In this document: one piece after another, positions 19,476-27,021 of the stretch | How positions within the stretch are numbered: position 1 is the first letter of the stretch | Layout of the letters: every line of letters starts with the position of its first letter | Source: Pseudomonas aeruginosa | GTDB lineage: Bacteria > Pseudomonadota > Gammaproteobacteria > Pseudomonadales > Pseudomonadaceae | DNA length: 32,000 nucleotides | Direction: 5' to 3' | Assembly: GCF_001457615.1 (NCBI RefSeq) | Contig: NZ_LN831024.1 | Location: forward strand, 2,730,001 to 2,762,000 | Translations under genes and position numbers: made by a program | Notes under the pieces: generated by a model | Seen by the model: only the letters and a program-made list of their open reading frames with translations | What the model was told of the DNA's origin: nothing | The model's database searches: none

Positions 19476-19875
19476 CGGTGGGCCCACGATACAGTGGCAA
19501 TCGCTCGACGCATTCTCGGCTCCTCCTGGTCGTTTTCCTTGGGCTTTCTATCCGCTTGATTCGCAAGCTAAATCGATCCAGCCTTGAGCAAGCTTACCCA
19601 ATCGAAAGGCGCCGCAGCGTTCGTTCTCAGCGAAAACGGTTTTCGCCTGGACGCGCTACCGGGAAGGCTGTCGGGGCTTTTACCCTGTAGCCGCGACTCG
19701 TCGCTCCGTGGCCGACCGCACCTGCCCGCCCCCGTAGGCGGCCACGGATTTCCTTGCGCCTTCTAGACTGGAAGCGAACCCGCCGCATGAACCCCGAACG
19801 AGAAACCAGCATGTCGAGTCGCTTCATCGCCGCCTGGTCCGCGGCCAACCGTTGCCTGGAGGTGTGGGGCCGGGC

Positions 19876-22050
19876 ATGGAAGGGCTGAAATTCTACGCCC
19901 GCTTGCTCTGGCGGCCGCCGCGGGAAACCCTGCTGTTCGCCCTGCGCACCGTCGCCGCCGGGCTGCTGACCCTCTACCTGGCCTTCCTCTTCGACCTGGA
20001 GCAGCCGAAGTGGGCGCTGATGACCGTGGTCATCGTCAGCCAGCCGCTGGCCGGGATGGCTCTCAAGCGCAGTTTCGCCCAGGTCCTCGGTACCTTCGCC
20101 GGCGCCGTGGTGGCGGTGCTGATCATGGCGCTGTTCGCCCAGCAACCGTTGCCGTTCTTCGTCGCCCTGGGACTCTGGCTGGCGCTCTGCACCGCCGGCG
20201 GCACCTTGCTGCGCTACACCGACTCGCACGCCTTCGTGCTCAGCGGCTTCACCGCGGTGATCGTCGCCGTGCTGTCGATTCCCGATCCGGAAAACACCTT
20301 CATGCTCGCCGTGGTGCGGGTCACCGAGACCCTGCTGGGCGTCGCCTGCGTGGCCCTGGTCAGCCTGCTCAGCGCGCGACCGCAGGCGGTGGCGAAGGGC
20401 TACTTCGCCCAGGTCGACGGCCTGATCCGCAGTACCGCGCGGCACGCCGCGGCGGTGATCCGCGGCGACGAGGGCGACGAGTCGTTCAACCAGCGGCAGA
20501 TGCAACTGGTCGCCAGCATCACCGCGCTGGACGGCCTGCGCCGGCACCTCTATTTCGACGCGCCGAACCTGCGCCGCGCCGATGGCCTGGTGCAGTTGCT
20601 GGGTAACCTGCTGGTGCTGATGGCCTCGCGGCTGTTGCTGCTGCGCCAGCATCGCCTGCTGGTGCGGGCGCACTGGGTCGGGCCGTTGCCGGCGGATATC
20701 CAGGCACTGCTGGATCGTGCGTTGCGGGTGCTGGACGCGCTGGCCGAGCAGGGGCGGGCGGTACCCTCCGAGGTGCTGGAGGAGTTCCAGGCGGTGCGCC
20801 AGGCCTTCGATGCCGCGGCGACGCGCGCGGAGTCCTACGACGAGGCGCTGAGCCCGGCGCTGCGCCCGCAGGTGGCGATCCTGCGCTGGGAATACGCGCG
20901 GCTGTTCCAGCGCCTGGGCGAAGTGCTCGAACTCAACGATGCGATCCAGTCCGGCCGCCAGGCCAGCAGTTTCTACCGCCGTGGCCAGGCGCAGGCGCTG
21001 CACCTGGACTGGGCGCTGGCCTCGATGAACGCCGTGCGCGCTTTCGTCGCCTTGTCCTGCGCCGCCTGGCTGTGGATCACCAGCGCCTGGAACGGCGCCC
21101 TCAGCAGCCTGCTGCTGGTCGGCGTGATGTGCTCGCTGATGGCGACCTTCCCGCGTCCGCTGCTGGCGGCGCAGAACTTCCTGCGCGGGCTGCTGCTGGC
21201 GATCCTGATCTCGGCGGCGCTGCTGTTCGTGCTGTTGCCGGCATCCGCCGACTTCGAGTGGCTGGCGCTGTGGATGGCGTTGCTGCTGTACGTGGTCGCG
21301 GTCGGCTTGAGCAGCCCGCTGAGCGCCGGGATCGCCATGGGCATCGGCCTGGAGACCCTGCTGATGGTGGCGCCGCAGAATATCGCGGTCTACTACAGCA
21401 ACGCTTCGCAGTGGTTCGAGTTCGTCGGCGGCTTCCTCGCCGCGGCGGTCCTCGCCGTGCTGGTGTTCGCCCTGGTCTATCCGTTCCGCGCCGACCCGCG
21501 CCTGCGCCGGCTGCTCTACCTGTCGCGCCAGGACGTCGCGGAAATGTCGCGCTGCGAGGCCAGCGAGACGCAGCGCTTCGCCTTCGAGACGCGGATGATC
21601 GATCGCCTGGCGGTGATGGTCGGCCTGCTGCCGGCGAGCCAGGAGCCGGCTGCGGCGGAACGTTTCCAGTGCGCCCTGGGCTGCGTGGTGATGGGCGTGG
21701 CGTTGAACCGCCTGCGCGAGCCGCTGCATGACGCCGGGGTGGTGCCGCTGGAGTTGCAGCCGCTGCTGGGCGAGGCGCTGCGCGAGGTCGCCGCCTACAT
21801 AGCCGGCGGCGCGGACGCCCCGCGGCAGGACCTCGCCCTGGCCGCCCTGCGGCGTTTCGGCCGGGGCCTGGAGGCCTTGCTGGCGCAGCCGTCGAAGGAC
21901 CTCGGGGCGACGCGGCAGCGCTTCATCATGAATGTCGCGGTACTGATCCTGCAGCAGTCGCTGCAACGCTATCGGACGCTGCTGGAGGAGGACCGCGGCG
22001 CACCGGCGGTCGTCGAAGAACCAGAAGAGGAGGGCGGACATGCCCGCTGA
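19876..22050 (+). CDS. FUSC/AaeB-family efflux membrane protein (fusaric-acid / aromatic carboxylic acid resistance type)
   Basis: 724 aa from ATG 19876. It has the two-lobed polytopic membrane layout with a central soluble region that is typical of AaeB/FusC. The N-terminus reads LRTVAAGLLTLYLAFLFDLEQPKWALMTVVIV. The start codon choice is uncertain because there is no good SD. Confidence 0.85.
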   Translation: MEGLKFYARLLWRPPRETLLFALRTVAAGLLTLYLAFLFDLEQPKWALMTVVIVSQPLAGMALKRSFAQVLGTFAGAVVAVLIMALFAQQPLPFFVALGLWLALCTAGGTLLRYTDSHAFVLSGFTAVIVAVLSIPDPENTFMLAVVRVTETLLGVACVALVSLLSARPQAVAKGYFAQVDGLIRSTARHAAAVIRGDEGDESFNQRQMQLVASITALDGLRRHLYFDAPNLRRADGLVQLLGNLLVLMASRLLLLRQHRLLVRAHWVGPLPADIQALLDRALRVLDALAEQGRAVPSEVLEEFQAVRQAFDAAATRAESYDEALSPALRPQVAILRWEYARLFQRLGEVLELNDAIQSGRQASSFYRRGQAQALHLDWALASMNAVRAFVALSCAAWLWITSAWNGALSSLLLVGVMCSLMATFPRPLLAAQNFLRGLLLAILISAALLFVLLPASADFEWLALWMALLLYVVAVGLSSPLSAGIAMGIGLETLLMVAPQNIAVYYSNASQWFEFVGGFLAAAVLAVLVFALVYPFRADPRLRRLLYLSRQDVAEMSRCEASETQRFAFETRMIDRLAVMVGLLPASQEPAAAERFQCALGCVVMGVALNRLREPLHDAGVVPLELQPLLGEALREVAAYIAGGADAPRQDLALAALRRFGRGLEALLAQPSKDLGATRQRFIMNVAVLILQQSLQRYRTLLEEDRGAPAVVEEPEEEGGHAR

Positions 22051-22249
22051 TGTCGAGGTCGGGGGCGCCTACCTGCCGCCGATCGCCCAGGCGCTGCTGC
22101 TGGCCTGGCTGATCCTGCTGCTGCTCAACCCGCTGTTGCGGCGCTTCGGCGTGTTGCAGCGGGTCTGGCACGAAGCGCTGTTCCAGGGCGCGTTGTACTG
22201 CGCGATCTGCGCCGGTCTGATCCTGTGGATGGGAGAGATGTCCCGATGA
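22040..22249 (+). CDS. AaeX-like small membrane protein (DUF1656 type)
   Basis: 69 aa. The block VWHEALFQGALYCAICAGL parallels E. coli AaeX VWHPALFNTALYCCLFYL. A GAGGAGGG SD lies 5 nt upstream, and the gene overlaps the upstream gene by 11 nt. Confidence 0.8.
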   Translation: MPADVEVGGAYLPPIAQALLLAWLILLLLNPLLRRFGVLQRVWHEALFQGALYCAICAGLILWMGEMSR

Positions 22250-23250
22250 ACCTGTTGCAAGGCAAATGGCCGCGCCTGGCCACCCTGCTGGCGGTGCTGG
22301 TGGCGGCGGCGCTGGTGTTCCTCGCCTGGGAACGCTACACCCGCACGCCCTGGACCCGTGACGCGCGGGTCCGCGCCGATGTGGTGACGCTGTCGGCGGA
22401 CGTTTCCGGGCTGATCACCCGGTTGCCGCTGAGCGACAACCAGCCCGTGGAGAAGGGCGAGCTGCTGCTCAGCATCGATCCGGCGCGCTATGAACTGGCG
22501 GTGCTGCGCGCCGAGCGCGCGGTGAACGTGGCGCGGGCGGCGCTGGGCGAGTCGCGCGCGGCGATCGAGGCCAGCCAGGCCCAGTTGCGCCAGCGCCGCA
22601 GCGAGGCGCAACGGCGCTCGGCATTGCAGAAGCGCTCGATGCTATCGGTGGAAGAGAACGAAAAGGCCCAGACCGACGTCAGCCTGGCCCAGGCCGAGTT
22701 GCTGAGGAACCAGGCCAGCCTCGGCCTGGCCCAGGCCAACGTGGAGCTTGCCGAAGCCGCCTTGCAGCAGGCCCGTCTCGACCTCGAACGTACCCAGGTG
22801 CGCGCCCCGGTCAGCGGCTACGTGACCAACCTGCAGACCCGCGAGGGCGACTACGCCCACGCCGGGGTGCCATTGCTGGCGCTGGTGGACCGCGATTCGT
22901 TCTATGTCAGCGGATACTTCGAGGAGACCAAGTTGCCGGGCATCCACGTCGGCAGCCGGGCGCGGGTGGAACTGATGAGCGGCGAGCGCTTCGACGGGCG
23001 CGTGCAGAGCATCGCCCATGCCATCACCGACCGGGAGAATGCCGAGGGCTCGCGCCTGCTGGCGAACATCAACCCGAGCTATACCTGGGTCAAGCTGGCC
23101 CAGCGAATTCCGGTGCGCATCGCCATCGATCCCGCCTATCGCCAGCGCAACACCTTGCGCGCCGGCGTGACCGCGACCATCCGGGTGCTGCCCGCGGAGG
23201 ACACCGCGAAAGTCGATTCCGCGGCGCCCGGGACTGCCTTGCGGCCTTGA
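22246..23250 (+). CDS. HlyD/AaeA-family membrane fusion (periplasmic adaptor) protein
   Basis: An ATGA overlap occurs at 22246-22249, with a GGGAGAG SD upstream. The protein has an N-terminal TM segment and a lipoyl-like hairpin (ADVSGLITRLPLSDNQPVEKGELLLSIDPARYE). A coiled-coil region follows, and the beta-barrel block reads VRAPVSGYVTNLQTREGDY. Confidence 0.9.
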   Translation: MNLLQGKWPRLATLLAVLVAAALVFLAWERYTRTPWTRDARVRADVVTLSADVSGLITRLPLSDNQPVEKGELLLSIDPARYELAVLRAERAVNVARAALGESRAAIEASQAQLRQRRSEAQRRSALQKRSMLSVEENEKAQTDVSLAQAELLRNQASLGLAQANVELAEAALQQARLDLERTQVRAPVSGYVTNLQTREGDYAHAGVPLLALVDRDSFYVSGYFEETKLPGIHVGSRARVELMSGERFDGRVQSIAHAITDRENAEGSRLLANINPSYTWVKLAQRIPVRIAIDPAYRQRNTLRAGVTATIRVLPAEDTAKVDSAAPGTALRP

Positions 23251-23286
23251 GTCAGGCCGAACCGGTCAGTCTGTGCCGGTCATGGC

Positions 23287-23532
23287 TCAGGGTTGTTCGC
23301 GGACGATTTCCGCCAGGTGCAGGATCAATCGCTCGTCAGCCTGGTTGCCGCTCTGCTGGCGGAATTGCCTGGCCTCCTCGCGGGCGCGCTGGAAGGCCGC
23401 ATCGACGCTGGCCTGGCCATGGCTGTCGCGAATCCACAGGTAGAGGCCCATGACCAGGCTCTGCAGGGTGGCCAGGTCGCTGCTCTGGGCGTTCAGCGCA
23501 TCGATGAGTTGCTGTTTGGAAAACGCTTGCAT
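23287..23532 (-). CDS. Small hypothetical protein (81 aa), no recognisable motif
   Basis: The start is placed at ATG 23532 (MQAFSKQQLIDALN) with a GGAG SD about 8 nt upstream. Codon bias is reasonable. I recognise no homology. Confidence 0.5.
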   Translation of the reverse strand: MQAFSKQQLIDALNAQSSDLATLQSLVMGLYLWIRDSHGQASVDAAFQRAREEARQFRQQSGNQADERLILHLAEIVREQP

Positions 23533-23713
23533 GGTCGATCTCCGATCAATGGCGCCGCAAGGGCGCGGTTCGCCCCGGCGGTCGCCGGGGTGCGCGGAGC
23601 ATGTGGAAAGTGCGGAGAGGCTGGCCAGCTTAGGCCAAGTCATTCAAATGATTAGGGAATTTTCTGACTTTCAGTGACCTTTCGACTGTTTTCGACGGCG
23701 GGCGATCGCTACG

Positions 23714-23759
23714 TTTTCATCGAACCGTCACCAAACCGTCATGAAGACGCGCCTAGCAT
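23714..23759 (+). promoter_or_regulatory. Candidate PhoB-type promoter: 11-bp-phased heptamer repeats (Pho-box-like) plus a -10 element
   Basis: TTTTCAT-cgaa-CCGTCAC-caaa-CCGTCAT spans 23714-23742; the Pho box consensus is CTGTCAT-N4-CTGTCAT. TAGCAT (23754-23759) lies 11 nt downstream, and the PPK2 ATG is at 23794. Confidence 0.4.
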
Positions 23760-23793
23760 TCGCGGTATTTCGGCATGACGTGGAGAGCAGCGC

Positions 23794-24708
23794 ATGGACT
23801 CCTATGGCGATACCTCGGGCCGCATCGGTCGCGACTGGCTCGATCGACACGACGAAGAGCTGGAGCAGGAACTGCTCGACGACGAGCTGAACCTGGACGA
23901 GCTGTTCGGTCCCGAGCAGGAGGATGCGCCCGGCGAATTGAGTCGGCGCCGCTATTTCCGCGAACTGTTCCGCCTGCAACGGGAACTGGTGAAACTGCAG
24001 AACTGGGTGGTGCACACCGGGCACAAGGTGGTGATTCTCTTCGAGGGACGCGACGCGGCGGGCAAGGGCGGCGTGATCAAGCGCATCACCCAGCGCCTCA
24101 ACCCTCGGGTCTGCCGGGTTGCCGCGCTGCCCGCGCCGAACGACCGCGAGCAGACCCAGTGGTATTTCCAGCGCTACGTCTCGCACCTGCCGGCCGGTGG
24201 CGAGATCGTCCTGTTCGACCGCAGCTGGTACAACCGTGCCGGGGTCGAGCGGGTCATGGGTTTCTGCAACGACGAACAATACGAGGAATTCTTCCGCAGC
24301 GTGCCTGAGTTCGAAAAGATGCTGGCGCGCTCGGGCATCCAGTTGCTCAAGTACTGGTTCTCCATCTCCGACGCCGAGCAGCACCTGCGTTTCCTCAGCC
24401 GTATCCACGATCCGCTCAAGCAGTGGAAGCTCAGTCCGATGGACCTGGAGTCGCGGCGGCGCTGGGAGGCCTACACCAAGGCCAAGGAAACCATGCTCGA
24501 ACGCACCCACATCCCCGAGGCGCCCTGGTGGGTGGTACAGGCCGACGACAAGAAGCGCGCGCGGCTGAACTGCATCCACCACCTGTTGCAGCAGATGCCC
24601 TACCGGGAAGTTCCGCAGCCGCCGGTACACCTGCCGGAGCGCCTGCGCCACGCCGATTACGTCAGGCATCCGACGCCCGGCGAGATCATCGTGCCGGAAG
24701 TCTACTGA
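23794..24708 (+). CDS. Polyphosphate kinase 2 (PPK2 family, single-domain)
   Basis: 304 aa. It has the PPK2 Walker A FEGRDAAGKGG plus the blocks WYFQRYVSHLP, FDRSWYNRAGVERVMGF and APWWVVQADDKKRARLN. A GGAGAG SD lies upstream. Confidence 0.92.
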   Translation: MDSYGDTSGRIGRDWLDRHDEELEQELLDDELNLDELFGPEQEDAPGELSRRRYFRELFRLQRELVKLQNWVVHTGHKVVILFEGRDAAGKGGVIKRITQRLNPRVCRVAALPAPNDREQTQWYFQRYVSHLPAGGEIVLFDRSWYNRAGVERVMGFCNDEQYEEFFRSVPEFEKMLARSGIQLLKYWFSISDAEQHLRFLSRIHDPLKQWKLSPMDLESRRRWEAYTKAKETMLERTHIPEAPWWVVQADDKKRARLNCIHHLLQQMPYREVPQPPVHLPERLRHADYVRHPTPGEIIVPEVY

Positions 24709-24821
24709 GCCAGTGGGCGCCGCGTACTTCGCTCACTCGGGTTCTTCCTTGTTCCTCCGGCCGCGCCTCTGGATGACGCTGGCGCCTCGACGCGCGCGTT
24801 GCCGCCTGGCTCGCGCGCGCT

Positions 24822-24845
24822 TAAATTTCCTCCTTCACATGACGT
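24822..24845 (+). promoter_or_regulatory. PvdS-dependent promoter (iron-starvation IS box)
   Basis: This is an exact match to TAAAT-N16-CGT: TAAAT at 24822-24826 and CGT at 24843-24845. It lies 36 bp upstream of the pvdY ATG. Confidence 0.7.
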
Positions 24846-24880
24846 TCCTCTGAGAACAACTCCGTGTCTCGAGTCCGATC

Positions 24881-25894
24881 ATGCCCCTGTTGAATTCCCT
24901 GACTGTATTGCCGTTGCCTGGCGGGCAGCGTTTGAGTGGCGACGAAACCGATAGCCGGCTCAGCCTTGCCCTGGATGGTGCGTTGCTGTTGCGCCTGCGC
25001 CTGGAGCGCACAGACACGGAAATACGGCTGGCGGTGGAGGAGCTTCCCGGCGGCGATGCCGAGCATGCGTTGTGGGCCGCCAGCTACTGGCTGTTCGCCC
25101 GCGATCCGGATTGCCAGCGGCTCGTCTGGTCGCTGTCCTGGGAACCCGAAGAGTCCCTGGCGAAGGGGATGCTGACAGGAGCCGCCGCAGCGGGCACCTA
25201 TGTCTGCGAGAGGGGCCGGTTCTGGCAGTTGCCATGGCCCTGGCTGCCGCTTGCCCAGCCGTGCTATCCCCAGTCGATGCAACTTACCGATGGAAAGCGT
25301 CATCCGCTGCGCCGGCCGAAGCCCAGGGGAGAGGTCTACCGGCGCTTCGATGCGCGATTGGGATGCTGGATATCCTTGCGTACCCTGGACATCGAGAGGG
25401 ACCTGGAGCGTTTTCATCGCTGGCAGAACTCGCCCAGGGTGGCGGAGTTCTGGCAGGAGGATGGAAGCCTGGAACAACATCGCGAGCGTTTGCGCCAGCT
25501 CGAGGCGGATCCTCATGCACTGGGGCTCATCGGCTGTTTCGACGATGAGCCCTTCGCCTATTTCGAGGCCTACTGGGCGAAGGAGGATCGCATCGCGCCG
25601 TTCTACGTGGCCGAAGACTACGACCGCGGGATCCACATGCTGGTCGGCGAGGAGGCCCACCGGGGTCCGCACAAGGTCGCCTGCTGGCTATCGGCACTGG
25701 TCCACTACCTGTTTCTCGACGACCCGCGCTCGCAGCGAGTGGTGGCGGAACCGCGCGCAGATAACGCGCGGATGATCGGTCACATGCACAACCTGTGCTT
25801 CCACTGCGAGAAGGAGTTCGACTTTCCGCACAAGCGGGCGGCGCTGATGATCATCGGCCGCGAACGGTTCTTCGAGCGCTGTCGTCTGGCCTGA
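24881..25894 (+). CDS. pvdY: IucB-like siderophore N-acyltransferase family protein
   Basis: 337 aa. The C-terminal half matches the siderophore acetyltransferase pattern (FHRWQNSPRVAEFWQE, FEAYWAKEDRIAPFY, RGIHMLVGE, VAEPRADNARMI). An IS box lies upstream and the gene sits next to pvdS. Confidence 0.85.
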   Translation: MPLLNSLTVLPLPGGQRLSGDETDSRLSLALDGALLLRLRLERTDTEIRLAVEELPGGDAEHALWAASYWLFARDPDCQRLVWSLSWEPEESLAKGMLTGAAAAGTYVCERGRFWQLPWPWLPLAQPCYPQSMQLTDGKRHPLRRPKPRGEVYRRFDARLGCWISLRTLDIERDLERFHRWQNSPRVAEFWQEDGSLEQHRERLRQLEADPHALGLIGCFDDEPFAYFEAYWAKEDRIAPFYVAEDYDRGIHMLVGEEAHRGPHKVACWLSALVHYLFLDDPRSQRVVAEPRADNARMIGHMHNLCFHCEKEFDFPHKRAALMIIGRERFFERCRLA

Positions 25895-25942
25895 CGGGGC
25901 GGGAAGAAGCTCGAGGCGTCCGGCGGACGCCAATAGAGAAAC

Positions 25943-25963
25943 GGGCAGGCGTAATGCCTGCCC
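25943..25963 (-). terminator. Rho-independent terminator of pvdS (possibly bidirectional with pvdY)
   Basis: GGGCAGGC (25943-25950) pairs with GCCTGCCC (25956-25963) across a 5-nt loop. On the minus strand it is followed by GTTTCTCTATT. A second hairpin, GGCGTCC-ggc-GGACGCC, lies at 25915-25931. Confidence 0.6.
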
Positions 25964-25970
25964 CTGTGTC

Positions 25971-26534
25971 TCAGCGACGCGCGCTCAGGTTCGCCAGATT
26001 GTCGCCCTGGCGCTCGGCGGTGACCTTGCGGCAGTGCACCAGGGCGTCGCGGATCATGAAGTTGACCAGGGTCGGCGAGACGCCCAGTTCCTTGGCGATG
26101 TCCTTCTGTGGCACGCCGTGCAGGCGGTACATCTCGAAGGCGTAGCGGGTGCGCTTGGGCAGCTCGGTGAGGGCATCCGCGATGTGTTCGAGGGTCGCGT
26201 AGTTGATGTGCGAGGTTTCCGGCGAGGCGCCCTGGATCACCACGTTCAGGCCTTCTTCCTCCGGCCCCGAGTATTTCTGTTCGAGCGCCTGCTTGCGGTA
26301 GTGATCGATGGCCAGGTTGCGGACGATCTGGAACAGGTAGCTGAGCTGTGCCTTGAACGACGAAGTGATCTGCGGCGCCGACTGGAGCCTGAAGAACGCA
26401 TCCTGGACCACATCTTCGGCTCGCGAGCGGCAACCGGTAATGCGGGCGGCGATCTTCACCAGGATCGTACGGTTATCGACGAATGCCTGGAGGAGCGGGG
26501 TATCGCATCTGCGGGTAGACAGTTGTTCCGACAT
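25971..26534 (-). CDS. pvdS: ECF sigma factor PvdS (iron-starvation sigma)
   Basis: 187 aa from ATG 26534 (MSEQLSTRRCDTPLLQAFVDNRT). The region 2 block is EDVVQDAFFRL and the region 4 HTH is KDIAKELGVSPTLVNFMIRDALVHCR. The track ORF start at 26591 adds 19 unsupported residues. Confidence 0.97.
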   Translation of the reverse strand: MSEQLSTRRCDTPLLQAFVDNRTILVKIAARITGCRSRAEDVVQDAFFRLQSAPQITSSFKAQLSYLFQIVRNLAIDHYRKQALEQKYSGPEEEGLNVVIQGASPETSHINYATLEHIADALTELPKRTRYAFEMYRLHGVPQKDIAKELGVSPTLVNFMIRDALVHCRKVTAERQGDNLANLSARR

Positions 26535-26603
26535 GGAAATCACCTTGCTGCGGAGGGGGCTGCAGAGCACTGGCGGTGGGGTAAGACCCACACATGGCGC
26601 AAC

Positions 26604-26636
26604 AAATTATGTTGAATGATAATGATTGTCAATTAC
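26604..26636 (-). promoter_or_regulatory. pvdS sigma70 promoter overlapped by a Fur box
   Basis: On the minus strand the promoter reads TTGACA (26632-26627), 17 nt, TAATTT (26609-26604). The plus-strand 19-mer GATAATGATTGTCAATTAC (26618-26636) matches the Fur consensus GATAATGATAATCATTATC at 13 of 19 positions and covers the -35 and spacer. Confidence 0.7.
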
Positions 26637-26910
26637 GAAGAAATAACCAATCTCACCTTTATTCGTGAATGGTCCGCATGCTGGCAAATAGCCGCTGCGA
26701 ATGATGGAGGGGAGAAATTCTTCGGCGTTTCAGAAGGATGGCCGCGCCAATGTTGCAGTCATGCGTCGCAGACGAAATTTTTTTAATAATCTTTAGGAAT
26801 CAGCTAGTTAGAAATCGTTATTGACCGCCTCGCCGCTCCTGCCGGCGTTCCGCGCAAGAACTGCGCTAAGGCGCTGCGACAACCGTTCCCGGCTGCTCCA
26901 TGGCGTACAT

Positions 26911-26935
26911 CGCTATCGCCGATGCGGCGATAGCG
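26911..26935. repeat. Perfect 11-bp inverted repeat with a 3-bp spacer in the pvdS-pvdG intergenic region
   Basis: The sequence is CGCTATCGCCG-atg-CGGCGATAGCG. I verified base by base that the arms are exact reverse complements. Confidence 0.9.
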
Positions 26936-27021
26936 CCGGGCACAACCCATCAGAATGGATAGGGGTTGGCGTCCTTTCGCGCAATGCTCCGCGGTTGCCC
27001 GGAGATTGCGGTTACATGCGC

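Noticed and set aside
18075-19566. 494-aa plus ORF (18075-19559) and 488-aa minus ORF (18100-19566)
   Set aside because: They are antisense or off-frame relative to the LysR regulator (18561-19475) and the small secreted protein. They also span the REP region, which is not coding.
19787-19888. 33-codon ORF (MNPERETSMSSRFIAAWSAANRCLEVWGRAWKG) overlapping the start of the FUSC gene
   Set aside because: It has a weak SD and no supporting features. It may be a chance ORF in the leader, and would need Ribo-seq to be taken seriously.
19627-22041. 804-aa minus-strand ORF
   Set aside because: It is antisense to the FUSC/AaeB-like gene and has a biased His/Arg/Gln/Gly-rich composition with no membrane or enzymatic motif.
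23640-23651. Fur-box-like TCATTcaAATGA upstream of the 81-aa gene and PPK2
   Set aside because: It has only a 5-bp dyad, and the arms are in the opposite arrangement to the Fur consensus core (AATGAT..ATCATT). The overall match to the 19-mer is poor.
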